This document shows, in pieces, positions 38,779-48,291 of a stretch of 49,447 nucleotides of DNA (positions are counted from its first letter, which is position 1; every line of letters begins with the position of its first letter). The translations under genes were made by a program, and so were the position numbers. This DNA is from Holosporales bacterium (GTDB lineage Bacteria > Pseudomonadota > Alphaproteobacteria > UBA3830 > JAIRWN01), in assembly GCA_031268985.1 (NCBI GenBank), contig JAIRWN010000014.1:1-49447 (forward strand), given 5' to 3'. The notes below the pieces were generated by a model that worked only from the letters and a program-made list of their open reading frames with translations, was not told the origin of the DNA and did no database searches.

Positions 38779-39728
38779 TCCACTATTGTTGCGTTTTCTG
38801 GAATATTTATCTTGTACTTTTGAGCCAATTTCCGATTTATGAAGCATTTGTGATCTTCTATCTTCGGGAAAAGCGGCGTCAGATCTTTCACCTGAGAGCC
38901 TTTCAGCAATTTTGCGACGAGTTTTCCGGCATTCCGTCCGACAGATTCGTAATTCACTCCGAAACTTGCCAGAGCCAGGCCGTCCCGTACCGATTGTTCT
39001 TCTATATTGATGACAGGGATGTTCATTTTCGCCGCTTCACCGGAGATAACGGCCAACGCGGATTGCAGACCGCTTGCTCCAACATAGATCACATCCGCTT
39101 TTCCTTTTAATTCCTGCATGCGAATCGGGATATCTCGCATCTGATCCACTGGAATAGCGACCAGGGACATTCCAATCGCTTTCGTTTCATGACGCATCAT
39201 ATTCAGGAGCGCCATATCGTTGCAATCGAAGGTTGTATATAGCATCCCAACCGTTTTTGCTTGGGGCAATATCGACCGGACCAGTGTCAAAAGCGCCTTC
39301 AGACTTTGCATATCTGAACTGCCGGTCATATTGTCGACGGATTTTGTTGGGGCATTTATCAGTTTTGCGTCCACAGGGTCTGTGACGTCGCTGTAAACCA
39401 ACGGAATGTCACAGATCTTTCCTTTTGCAAATTGCGCAATTGGAGTCGATATCGCCACTATAACTTTCGGATTATGGTTTTTTACATTCATTACAGCCTG
39501 AGGTATCAACGTGTGATCGAAGGCTATGTCGACAATCTCGTAGCGAATATTTTTGCCTTCAGAGTATCCGTTTTCCGATAATTCTTTTTTAATGCCGTCA
39601 ATCGAAGCCAATAGCGGAGGAATTTGCCCATAGTTAACAATGGCTACGAGCGGGGACTCTTGTTTTTCGCTGTCGCATCCGCTCAGAAACATGGTCGCTG
39701 CAGCTGCTGCAATAGATATTTTTTTCAT
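38775..39728 (-). CDS. ABC substrate-binding lipoprotein (ABC_sub_bind, Trp/Tyr-type), copy 1
   Basis: Lipobox FLSGC, STPIAQ, VTDPVDA, NMTGSSD, GVNYESVG, INRK. Confidence 0.9.
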   Translation of the reverse strand: MKKISIAAAAATMFLSGCDSEKQESPLVAIVNYGQIPPLLASIDGIKKELSENGYSEGKNIRYEIVDIAFDHTLIPQAVMNVKNHNPKVIVAISTPIAQFAKGKICDIPLVYSDVTDPVDAKLINAPTKSVDNMTGSSDMQSLKALLTLVRSILPQAKTVGMLYTTFDCNDMALLNMMRHETKAIGMSLVAIPVDQMRDIPIRMQELKGKADVIYVGASGLQSALAVISGEAAKMNIPVINIEEQSVRDGLALASFGVNYESVGRNAGKLVAKLLKGSQVKDLTPLFPKIEDHKCFINRKLAQKYKINIPENATIVE

Positions 39729-39839
39729 ACTCTTAATTCCCTATCTTTAATAATTTTCAAATCTCAACAAACGCCTGCCTTCTCTTGGGGCAGGTGACAA
39801 TAATTTTAAAATGATGTGCTGAAAAATATATATATTGGC

Positions 39840-39959
39840 CTAACGGCCAAAAATATAGAAAAAGAAAGAAATCTGACGGGAAAATAGCAGAATAGACTTC
39901 GAGATCTTGTCCTGATCTGTTCTTAAATTGCCTGCCATTTGCAACATTTCCAATTCCAT
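39840..39959 (-). CDS. Putative Phe-rich leader peptide (39 aa)
   Basis: MELEMLQMAGNLRTDQDKISKSILLFSRQISFFFYIFGR*. AGAGG RBS upstream. TTGGCC/GGCCAA hairpin overlaps the stop. Confidence 0.6.
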   Translation of the reverse strand: MELEMLQMAGNLRTDQDKISKSILLFSRQISFFFYIFGR

Positions 39960-39976
39960 TCTGCTTGCCTCTTTTC

Positions 39977-40006
39977 AAACTACAAGATTATCATAGCGCT
40001 TGTCAA
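39977..40006 (-). promoter_or_regulatory. Putative sigma70 promoter for leader and SBP copy 1
   Basis: Perfect TTGACA (40006-40001), 18 nt spacer, TAGTTT. Confidence 0.5.
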
Positions 40007-40023
40007 GCTTTTTCTAAGATTAT

Positions 40024-40992
40024 TTACTCTACTATTGTTGCGTTTTCTGGAATAATTATTTTATACCTCCTCGCTAATTTCCGATTTATGAAGCACTTAT
40101 GATCCTCAATTTGCGGATAAATTGGCGCGAGATCTTTCACTGAGGTGCCTTTCAGCAATTTTGCGACGAGCTTTCCGGCATTCCGTCCGACAGATTCATA
40201 ATTCACTCCGAAACTTGCCAGAGCCAGGCCGTTTCTTACTGATTGATCTTCTGAATCAAAGACAGGAATATTCATTTTACCAGCTTCTGAAGCAATAGTT
40301 GGCATGGCCGCATGAAGTCCGCTTGCTCCAACATAGATAAAGTCAACTTTACCTTTGAACTTCTGAATGCATATCGGAATATCGCGCACTTGATCTACCG
40401 GAATTACCACAATAGATAAATCAAAGACAGGCGCTGCTTTTTTCATCATTTCCAATAGAGCCGTATCATTGCTGTCTGATGTGAGGACAAGCATTCCTAA
40501 CGTTCTTGCATTTGGCAGAACCGTTTTTACAAATCTTAAAAGTACATCTAGGTTTTGTACATCGGAACTGCCGGTGATGTTATTGCTTGGGCGATTCTTG
40601 TATTTCAACAAACCGGAAGCTACGGGATCCGTGATCGCATGAAAAACCAGCGGAACATCGCAAATCTTTCCTTTAGCAAACTGAGCTATCGGCGTTGATA
40701 CCACAACCATTATTTTTGGATTATAATTCTTCAACTTCATCACGGTTTGCGGAATCAATGAATGATCGAAGGCTATATCTGCGATTTCTATTTTCACAGT
40801 TTCGTTCTCAATAAATCCATTATTAGCTAGCTCATCTTTGATTCCCTGAATTGAAACTTCCAGATCCTTGAGAGGCCCGTAATTAGCAATGGCTACTATA
40901 GGCAATACTTTTTTCTTCTTAAAGTTTGAAAATATGGCGACAGACGCCAACGCGGCTAACGCAATTGCAGTTATGACAGAAATATTTTTCAT
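40024..40992 (-). CDS. ABC substrate-binding protein, copy 2
   Basis: Close paralog of copy 1 (shared STPIAQFAKGKICD, GLALASFGVNYESVGRNAGKLVAKLLKG). N-terminal anchor without a lipobox Cys. Confidence 0.9.
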   Translation of the reverse strand: MKNISVITAIALAALASVAIFSNFKKKKVLPIVAIANYGPLKDLEVSIQGIKDELANNGFIENETVKIEIADIAFDHSLIPQTVMKLKNYNPKIMVVVSTPIAQFAKGKICDVPLVFHAITDPVASGLLKYKNRPSNNITGSSDVQNLDVLLRFVKTVLPNARTLGMLVLTSDSNDTALLEMMKKAAPVFDLSIVVIPVDQVRDIPICIQKFKGKVDFIYVGASGLHAAMPTIASEAGKMNIPVFDSEDQSVRNGLALASFGVNYESVGRNAGKLVAKLLKGTSVKDLAPIYPQIEDHKCFINRKLARRYKIIIPENATIVE

Positions 40993-41117
40993 AAATAAAG
41001 CTCCATATTCATATTAAAAACATATCAATAAGCGTTGCTGGAAACATAACGCTTTACTGAGCTATGTACTTATCTTTAAACGCAAGAAATAATGGTGGGG
41101 GAAAAATGACAATCGGC

Positions 41118-41234
41118 TTAAAGCCGATAGCACGAACAGTAAAATGTGATTGCAGCGAAACTTTGGACAAGCAAAAGTGTCGGGATATTTTTACATTCCC
41201 TTTCTTCTTTTAAAATTTTTATCTTCGCTAACAT
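41118..41234 (-). CDS. Putative leader peptide (38 aa)
   Basis: MLAKIKILKEERECKNIPTLLLVQSFAAITFYCSCYRL*. ATCGGCT/AGCCGAT hairpin overlaps the stop. Same layout as the leader of copy 1. Confidence 0.45.
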   Translation of the reverse strand: MLAKIKILKEERECKNIPTLLLVQSFAAITFYCSCYRL

Positions 41235-41250
41235 TTTAACTCTGCGATTC

Positions 41251-41279
41251 TATTTAAGATATAATGCGAACGTTGTCAA
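41251..41279 (-). promoter_or_regulatory. Putative sigma70 promoter for leader and SBP copy 2
   Basis: Perfect TTGACA (41279-41274), 17 nt spacer, TAAATA. Confidence 0.5.
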
Positions 41280-42021
41280 TAAAAAATTATGTAGTTGTGT
41301 GCTATTGCTGCCAGATACTGAGCAAAGCATTTTAACTGTTTTTTGGAAGAACGAGTATTATAAATTTCAGAAGCCCCTTAACATTTTTGTTAATTGCGCA
41401 ATGAGAGTTGTTACCGCAATCATGACTTTTTCGATATTTTGGGCGCTGAAGAATGCCGGTCGGGAATTGATCAATACTTTTTGAACTCTATGAATGCCTA
41501 GGATGTGAGCTTTAGAGATAACGATGCAGATGTTGAACACATTTTTGGCAGTGAAGTGGATACGGTTCTGAGAAATATATCCAGGAGCTGTTGCTGTTCG
41601 CTGAGTTGCTCAATGACGAACCATATGGTTATCTCAAGCGTCTGTATCGGTACAAGGCGAAGATACTGTGCTGCCCAGCGGAGGTAAAGAGGCTATCCAT
41701 ATGCTATGGAATTGGATAAACGCCAAAGGCAATCCAAGGGAGGAAAGATTGTTGAGTTTGATGAACCTAAACCAGATTACTAGTAGCGATACTACTCCGG
41801 AAGGTATTCTGGAGGCGATTAACATCAAAAATCCGCAAGCTGTACTGATTTAAAGGATTGGCTGCCTGACTTATGCGGAAGCGATTATACTAGGCGCAAA
41901 AGCTTATTAAAGAAGGTTTCTATGGGAAACCGTATACGATTAACAGGAAAAATGAGCATTTGCAACTTCAGGAATAAGCAGCGCAACTGCCACTGATGCT
42001 ATGCCAGCCTAAGCAAGAGAA

Positions 42022-42057
42022 AAGAATCCTCCGCTGCAGAGCCGGCGGGGGATTCTT
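42022..42057. terminator. GC-rich inverted repeat, probable terminator
   Basis: AAGAATCCTCCGC...GCGGGGGATTCTT stem, located between the decayed + strand region and the minus-strand LRR fragment. Confidence 0.5.
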
Positions 42058-42123
42058 GTGCGATTGCGTTGAGGGAATACCGGAATCAACTCTTATTTAC
42101 AAGCTGAACCAAGCTGCTTGAGC

Positions 42124-42390
42124 TTAATGTCTGGCAACCACAATCTTAGCGCTTTTAGGAATAGCATTTCCTCTTATATTTATCAGTTGAAAGTCTGATT
42201 CAAACTCTACACGGCTCAGATTGCTGCATCCATGAAAACACCCATAGCCAATCGTCTCCATACTGGCCGGAATACTTATAGATCTCAGTGAACGACAACC
42301 AGAAAAGGCCCCGTCTCCGATCGTTCTCAATTGCGAGCCGCGCTCAAACGTTATGCTTTCCAATACTCTACAACCCGAGAAGCAACCAAT
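42124..42390 (-). pseudogene. BspA-type (LRR_5) leucine-rich-repeat protein, 3' fragment
   Basis: GCFSGCRVLESITFERGSQLRTIGDGAFSGCRSLRSISIPASMETIGYGCFHGCSNL. Repeats begin abruptly, with an in-frame stop shortly upstream and no credible start. Confidence 0.8.
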
Positions 42391-42710
42391 CTGTTGGCGA
42401 ACAACGATCGGGAAAACTTGAATAAATTGTCATATGAACGCACATGGAAAAATTATTTCAAAACTTAAAGAAAGCGGGATTAATTACAAAATATATTCTC
42501 ATAAAATGTTACTATCGATTGAAATAAGCGTTAAAGATTTAAAGGATAGGCGGGGCTTCAGAAAATAAATAATTTCTGCGGATTTTATAAAATCTTTGTG
42601 CATGGATTTTTTAATCTCAGGACAGTTGTTTTGGTTACTTTTGGGGTAATGACCATACTCACCTGACGTATTTTTATGAAAAAATAAAACGGTTCAACAG
42701 TGATAGAAAA

Positions 42711-43424
42711 ATGACTAGACAATTATATTTACAAGACGCCTATTTGTTTGAGTCTGATGCTTGCATTGCAAAATACAAAAAAGATGAAAGAGACATGCCG
42801 TATTTACTGTTGGATCAAACGATTTTTTATCCGCAGGGAGGAGGTCAACCATGTGATCACGGAAAAATTATCGGTGGTGATTTTGAGTATACAGTCTGCA
42901 ACATACGGCAAACAAAAAATGAAATTCGCCATTACATTGAGTTAACACAGAAGGCCTCCGCATCAACAAATTGCAAAGTAAAATGCGCTATCGATAAAGA
43001 CAGAAGATTGCTCAACGCGAGACATCATACAGCTGGGCATTTGCTCGGAAATGTTGTCGAATTGGCTTTCCCGTCTCTGAAAGCTATAAAATGTCACGCG
43101 TTCCCCGGCGAGGCGTATATTGAATTTCTAGGCGCAGATCCGCCAGACGAACAGCTGTTGCAAAAATCGTTGCAAAACGCAATTGCGCAGGACTTAAAAA
43201 CAAAAGTTTTTGAAATTGATCGCGATTCATTTGAATTAGTCTACTACAAACTGCCCTACGAAATTCCAGAAAACAAAAATTTCCGCGTCATGCAGATTGG
43301 AAATTTCGCTCCGGTACCTTGCGGTGGAACACATCTTGCGTCAATAAAAGAAATCGTAGGAATAACGCTGAATAAAATAAAACATAAAAACAGCATCGTG
43401 CGCATATCGTTTGGAGTAGCATGA
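42711..43424 (+). CDS. Free-standing alanyl-tRNA editing protein (AlaX)
   Basis: LYLQDAY, LDQTIFYPQGGGQPCD, HTAGH (HxxxH) and CGGTH (CxxxH) Zn motifs. 237 aa. Confidence 0.92.
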   Translation: MTRQLYLQDAYLFESDACIAKYKKDERDMPYLLLDQTIFYPQGGGQPCDHGKIIGGDFEYTVCNIRQTKNEIRHYIELTQKASASTNCKVKCAIDKDRRLLNARHHTAGHLLGNVVELAFPSLKAIKCHAFPGEAYIEFLGADPPDEQLLQKSLQNAIAQDLKTKVFEIDRDSFELVYYKLPYEIPENKNFRVMQIGNFAPVPCGGTHLASIKEIVGITLNKIKHKNSIVRISFGVA

Positions 43425-43541
43425 AATTCATTTTGCGCATGGACGTTTCATCGCCGAAAGATATTATCGTGAACGTGCGCGGCATAGATTGTGGCCTTTT
43501 CCTGAAATTGAAAAATCTTTATAAAAAGTTTATTGTGCTTA

Positions 43542-44633
43542 ATGCATATAGCGCTTGTAATTTCATCGCTTAGTTCCGGAGGGGCTGAAAGAGTCCTGTC
43601 CGAACTTGCTAATCGTATAGTCGAGAAAGAAAATAGTAGGGTTTCGCTCATTACTTTTTCGGCTGAGAATGCGAAACCGTTCTATCCCCTCAGCCAGAAA
43701 ATAAAGCTTATACAGCTGAACCAAAGCAAAAACGAAACCTTTTACCTTATACGGCTTAAAAATATAATTAAGCGCGTACTTTGTTTAAGGAAAATGTTTA
43801 AAAAACTGAAACTCGATGCAATAATTTCATTTGTAGATATCGCCAATATAACGACTTTAATCGCTGCAACGGGGATTAGCGTACCCGTTATTGTGTCTGA
43901 ACGAACTTCTCCGCAAAATTATAAGATCCCCCGGCTTTACCAAAGAATACGCAGATTATTTTACCCAAGAGCTGTTTTTGTTCTAATTCAAACGGAATCA
44001 TGTAAAGATTATTTTCATTATCTTGATAACATTAAAATCATTCCAAATGCAGCCATGATTCCTGCTTGCACAAAAAAGGAAATGTCATCTGAGGTAAAAA
44101 ACATTGTTTCAACAGGACGTTTGCATCCTCATAAAGATTTTGATGTTTTAATTAACGCATTTAAACATTTATCCGAGCGTTTTCCTAATATTAAACTCAC
44201 TATTTACGGAGAAGGGCCTGAGCGCGTAAACCTAGAAAAACTTGTTGAGTCCTTAAATATTCAAAATAGGGTTTTTCTTCCCGGTGTTGTTTCAGATATC
44301 CACAGCATTTTAGCGGACGCCGATTTGTTCGTTTTCCCTTCGCGGTACGAAGGGTTTCCCAACGCCTTGTGCGAGGCTATGGCGGTAGGACTTCCGGTTA
44401 TTGCCTCCGATTGCGCGGGAAACGTTGATGTTGTAAGAGATAACATTGATGGTCGATTTTTCCCGGTCGGAAGCATACGCGCGCTTACCGAGCTAATGAC
44501 TGAACTGCTCAATGATTATGAACAAAGAAAACGTTTGTCAGGAAACGCCAAAAGCATATGTAATCGTTTTCACCCCGACAAGATATTCGCAATGTGGGAT
44601 CGGCTGCTTAATGAAGCTGTACGGCCTCATTGA
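43542..44633 (+). CDS. Glycosyltransferase family 4 (paralog of 2847-3923)
   Basis: SSGGAERV, VSERTS, GRLHPHK, SRYEGFPNALCEAM. Confidence 0.92.
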   Translation: MHIALVISSLSSGGAERVLSELANRIVEKENSRVSLITFSAENAKPFYPLSQKIKLIQLNQSKNETFYLIRLKNIIKRVLCLRKMFKKLKLDAIISFVDIANITTLIAATGISVPVIVSERTSPQNYKIPRLYQRIRRLFYPRAVFVLIQTESCKDYFHYLDNIKIIPNAAMIPACTKKEMSSEVKNIVSTGRLHPHKDFDVLINAFKHLSERFPNIKLTIYGEGPERVNLEKLVESLNIQNRVFLPGVVSDIHSILADADLFVFPSRYEGFPNALCEAMAVGLPVIASDCAGNVDVVRDNIDGRFFPVGSIRALTELMTELLNDYEQRKRLSGNAKSICNRFHPDKIFAMWDRLLNEAVRPH

Positions 44634-44744
44634 AAAGCTACTATATAATCAAAAATGCGCCCTCGCCTTTGTTTGATCAACTAAGAGGTAATTAATTCCA
44701 AAGTTCAACCGTTTATGATAATTTTCTGACCGTCTCTGGCAACA

Positions 44745-46526
44745 TCAGCTTTTGCTTGGCAAAACGACCTTTAGGTGCAATTCTTTCAGTCTGTACTGAT
44801 CAACCTCGGCCGGAGCGTTCATCATAAGATCTTGAGCTTGCTGGTTAAGCGGGAAAGCAATTACTTCACGGATGTTGGGCTCGTTTGCCAGAAGCATCAC
44901 CATTCGGTCTATACCCGGAGCGCACCCACCGTGAGGAGGAGCGCCATATCTGAAAGCATTCAGCATTCCGCAGAAGTTTTTTTCAACATCTTCCTTGCTG
45001 TATCCGGCGATTGAAAATGCCTTAAACATTACTTCCGGCAAGTGATTCCTTATGGCGCCACTGGAGAGTTCCACTCCGTTACAGACAGCGTCATATTGGT
45101 ATGCTTTTATCTTTAAAGGGTCTTGTTCATTAAGCGCTTCAAGCCCGCCCTGCGGCATGGAAAATGGGTTGTGCGAGAACTCTATCTTCTTAGTATCTTC
45201 GTTAAACTCATACATCGGAAAATCGGTGATCCAGCAAAATTCGAACCTGTCCGCATCAACAAGACCCAATTCTTGCGCCAGCTTCGTCCTGACCATTCCT
45301 GCGAGCTTCCACACGATTTTTGATTTGGCGCATATGAAGAATACCCCCCCTCCATTGGTCAACCCGGTAAGGCTTGATAGAGTTTTAAGTTGATCGGCGC
45401 TGAGGAATTTGGCGATTGGCCCCTTAAATTCGCCGTTTTTCAGCAGTATGTACCCCAAACCAGGAATGCTTTCGCTCTGTGCCCATTCGTTGAGTTTATC
45501 GAAGAAACTTCGGCTTTTGTCGCCAATATTGTCAACTTTTATTCCACGAATTAGACCGCCCTCGTGACTAATTATACGAACAAAGGCTTCAAAATTGCTT
45601 TGACGAAAAAGTTCAGTCAAATCAATGATTTCCAGCGGATTGCGCAAATCAGGTTTATCTGTGCCATAGCGCATTAACGTCTCATCATATGGAATGCGTT
45701 TGAAAGGGTATGGGCTGATGTAGGATTTATTGGAAAACTCAGTAAATACACCGTGCAATACAGGCTCTACGGCCGCAAAAACATCCTCTTGAGTGGCGAA
45801 AGCTATTTCAAGATCCAACTGGTAAAACTCGCCGGGAGATCTCTCAGCGCGACTGTCTTCATCTCGGAAACAAGGCGCGATCTGGAAATATCGGTCGAAT
45901 CCGGCAACCATAAGAAGCTGCTTAAACATTTGTGGCGCTTGAGGCAAGGCGTAAAATTTCCCGGGATGAACCCGACTTGGCACGAGGTAATCTCTTGCTC
46001 CCTCTGGCGAACTGGCTGTAAGTATAGGGGTCTGAATTTCAAGAAATCCGGATTCTTGCATTCTGCGTCGCAAGCTGGCGATTATACGAGAACGCAGGAC
46101 AATATTCCTATGAACGCTTTCTCGGCGTAAATCCAAAAACCGGTGCTTCAAGCGAATATCCTCAGGATATTCGCTTTCCGTGTTTACACTGAATGGCAAA
46201 ATGTCTGCTGATGACAACAGTTCTACACTGCTTATTGCCAACTCTACCTCACCGGTAGACATTTTAGAGTTAACGGTATCTTTTGGCCGAAGGCAGACCT
46301 CACCGCTTACTGATATAACGCTTTCAAGACGTAACGGCTCAACTGACTTAAATATCGGGGAAGAAACATCGATAACACACTGAGTGACCCCATAATGATC
46401 TCGCAGATCTATAAACAACAGGTTCCCATGGTCACGTTTGCGGTGAACCCATCCTGCTAACTTGACCGTTTTTCCATCGAAATGTTTGTTTATTTCGTTA
46501 CAATTGCAAGTCCTGTATCTATGCAT
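44745..46526 (-). CDS. aspS: Aspartate-tRNA(Asp/Asn) ligase, likely non-discriminating
   Basis: [10 protein letters not shown] (His at the position typical of ND-AspRS), [28 protein letters not shown]. Confidence 0.97.
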   Translation of the reverse strand: MHRYRTCNCNEINKHFDGKTVKLAGWVHRKRDHGNLLFIDLRDHYGVTQCVIDVSSPIFKSVEPLRLESVISVSGEVCLRPKDTVNSKMSTGEVELAISSVELLSSADILPFSVNTESEYPEDIRLKHRFLDLRRESVHRNIVLRSRIIASLRRRMQESGFLEIQTPILTASSPEGARDYLVPSRVHPGKFYALPQAPQMFKQLLMVAGFDRYFQIAPCFRDEDSRAERSPGEFYQLDLEIAFATQEDVFAAVEPVLHGVFTEFSNKSYISPYPFKRIPYDETLMRYGTDKPDLRNPLEIIDLTELFRQSNFEAFVRIISHEGGLIRGIKVDNIGDKSRSFFDKLNEWAQSESIPGLGYILLKNGEFKGPIAKFLSADQLKTLSSLTGLTNGGGVFFICAKSKIVWKLAGMVRTKLAQELGLVDADRFEFCWITDFPMYEFNEDTKKIEFSHNPFSMPQGGLEALNEQDPLKIKAYQYDAVCNGVELSSGAIRNHLPEVMFKAFSIAGYSKEDVEKNFCGMLNAFRYGAPPHGGCAPGIDRMVMLLANEPNIREVIAFPLNQQAQDLMMNAPAEVDQYRLKELHLKVVLPSKS

Positions 46527-46591
46527 ATTTCTTATTCAAACTATATTGCAATATACAACAACACGAAGTGCAATAAAGTGTTAAATTAGTC

Positions 46592-46620
46592 TTGCCAAAA
46601 AAGATCAGAAATTGTATAAA
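46592..46620 (+). promoter_or_regulatory. Putative sigma70 promoter of the rpsF operon
   Basis: TTGCCA, 17 nt spacer, TATAAA, ending 51 nt upstream of rpsF. Confidence 0.55.
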
Positions 46621-46671
46621 GTCATACCTAGCCGGGGGTATTTGCCCTGGCGTTATGTTTTCGGAGAATAA

Positions 46672-47067
46672 ATGCGTCTTTATGAGAATATCTTTATAGT
46701 CCGACAAGATCTTGCGCAATCTCAAGTCGAGGGAATTGCCGAGAATGTAGCGAATTTAATAAAAAAAGGTTCCGGTGAGGTTGTAAGAAGTGAGTATTGC
46801 GGTATGCGTTCATACGCGTATCCGATAAAGAAAAGCCGGAAAGGCCACTATTTTTACTTACAGATTAAAACGCCTCAAGACGCTATGCGAGAAACTGAGT
46901 GTTATATGAAACTTAATGAGGAAATACTCCGTTTTTTAACCGTATCAGTCGATAAATTCGACACTGGAGCGTGTCCTCTGGTTCAACAAAAGAAAGAAAC
47001 CTCTGAAGCAGTCAATGATGCGGGACGCCAAGAAAAGCCCACCGAAAACTCCGATAGCGCAAAATAA
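46672..47067 (+). CDS. rpsF: 30S ribosomal protein S6
   Basis: [32 protein letters not shown]. Confidence 0.96.
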   Translation: MRLYENIFIVRQDLAQSQVEGIAENVANLIKKGSGEVVRSEYCGMRSYAYPIKKSRKGHYFYLQIKTPQDAMRETECYMKLNEEILRFLTVSVDKFDTGACPLVQQKKETSEAVNDAGRQEKPTENSDSAK

Positions 47068-47080
47068 GATAAGGTCAGTG

Positions 47081-47341
47081 ATGGAAAAATACAGTAATAA
47101 TCGCTCGTCGCAAACCAGACATTCGTCATCCTATAACAACAATAGCTTTAGGCGCGACAATAATTTTGATATTACGACAGTGGACTACAAAAATGTACAA
47201 GCGTTACAAAAATTTGTTACCGAGCACGGAAGAATTATACCGTCCAGAGTAACCGGACTGTCGGCCAAGAAACAACGTGAGATTGCCCTGGCGATAAAGC
47301 GTGCAAGATTTTTGGCCCTTATCCCGTATAAGGCCGCATAA
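47081..47341 (+). CDS. rpsR: 30S ribosomal protein S18
   Basis: [34 protein letters not shown]. No Cys (Zn-free form). ATG 47081 chosen as start. Confidence 0.95.
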   Translation: MEKYSNNRSSQTRHSSSYNNNSFRRDNNFDITTVDYKNVQALQKFVTEHGRIIPSRVTGLSAKKQREIALAIKRARFLALIPYKAA

Positions 47342-47350
47342 TCTGACTGC

Positions 47351-48283
47351 ATGCGAAGTGTTTTTGAAATCGGTTTAGCTCACAAGGTTTTTGCAGCTGC
47401 AGTGTGTTCGGGCCTGTGTTTTATTCTACCTCTGCTTGCGGATTCTTGGGTTTTTACTGCTGCGATAATTTCTTTGTTCGCGCCTCTCCCTTTGATGATA
47501 GTCGGACTTCAATATGGATATATATCTTGTCTAAAGTCTGCAATTGTCGCATTAATTGTCGTTTCGTTTGGAAGCGTGCATTTTTCCTTACAGTATATCG
47601 TTTATAACGCTGTTCCGACCGTGATTCTGATCTTTATGGCTACTCAGTCTAAAAAAGACGGCAACGGCAAAACATGGTGGTGCCCGGAAGAAAGGCTTTT
47701 ATCTTATTTAACCGCGTGCTCAGTATTGATCAGCGTATTCTTTAACTACACCAATTCGGCACAGATAGCGACAACTTCTTTGTTCGGAGAATCATCGTCA
47801 TTATTTAGTCAAAACGAAAAATTGCGAATATTGCACAGCGAGGCAAGCCATGTAATATATAATCTGATTCCATTATTGAATGGCATTAAAGGGTTTACCT
47901 GGGCTATGTTGATGGCAATCAACATCTGGGCAGCGCAAAAAGTCCTTGAAAAAACTGATTTGCCGGCTCTAAGGCCTAAGTTAAGGCTGATCAACGTACA
48001 TTTATCCGCTTTTAATAAATGGTTTTTTCTTGTATCATTACTATTGACTGTTGCCGTGGGTTTTAACAAGATTTGGCACATAACCGCTAATGCTTTGGTT
48101 TTGGCGTTTTTTCCGGTTTTTCTCAACGGTCTTGGGGTTTTAAGTTTTATCGCGACAGGCAAGGGTTGGATTTTAATTGTTGGTTTAATATTATTTACGG
48201 GTCCGGTGCTGGCGATCGCATTGGCCGGGCTAGTGGACGGTTTTTGGAATGTAAGGTATAGTCTTAAAAAACGGCTAGATTAG
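47351..48283 (+). CDS. DUF2232-like membrane protein
   Basis: Multi-TM protein with APLPLMIVGL. Lies between rpsR and rplI, where this family is commonly found. Confidence 0.7.
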   Translation: MRSVFEIGLAHKVFAAAVCSGLCFILPLLADSWVFTAAIISLFAPLPLMIVGLQYGYISCLKSAIVALIVVSFGSVHFSLQYIVYNAVPTVILIFMATQSKKDGNGKTWWCPEERLLSYLTACSVLISVFFNYTNSAQIATTSLFGESSSLFSQNEKLRILHSEASHVIYNLIPLLNGIKGFTWAMLMAINIWAAQKVLEKTDLPALRPKLRLINVHLSAFNKWFFLVSLLLTVAVGFNKIWHITANALVLAFFPVFLNGLGVLSFIATGKGWILIVGLILFTGPVLAIALAGLVDGFWNVRYSLKKRLD

Positions 48284-48291
48284 GGGAAATA

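Noticed and set aside
39757-39978. 73 aa TTG-start ORF in the SBP leader
   Set aside because: It is an alternative frame of the leader region with a TTG start immediately at the predicted -10 box and no RBS. The ATG/RBS frame 39959-39840 is preferred, though this frame also has a Phe-rich patch.
39740-41280. T-box riboswitch upstream of the SBP genes
   Set aside because: No AGGTGGTACCGCG-like T-box sequence is found in either leader.
41146-41484. 112 aa + strand ORF
   Set aside because: It spans the promoter and leader of SBP copy 2 on the opposite strand, is AT-rich and has no motifs.
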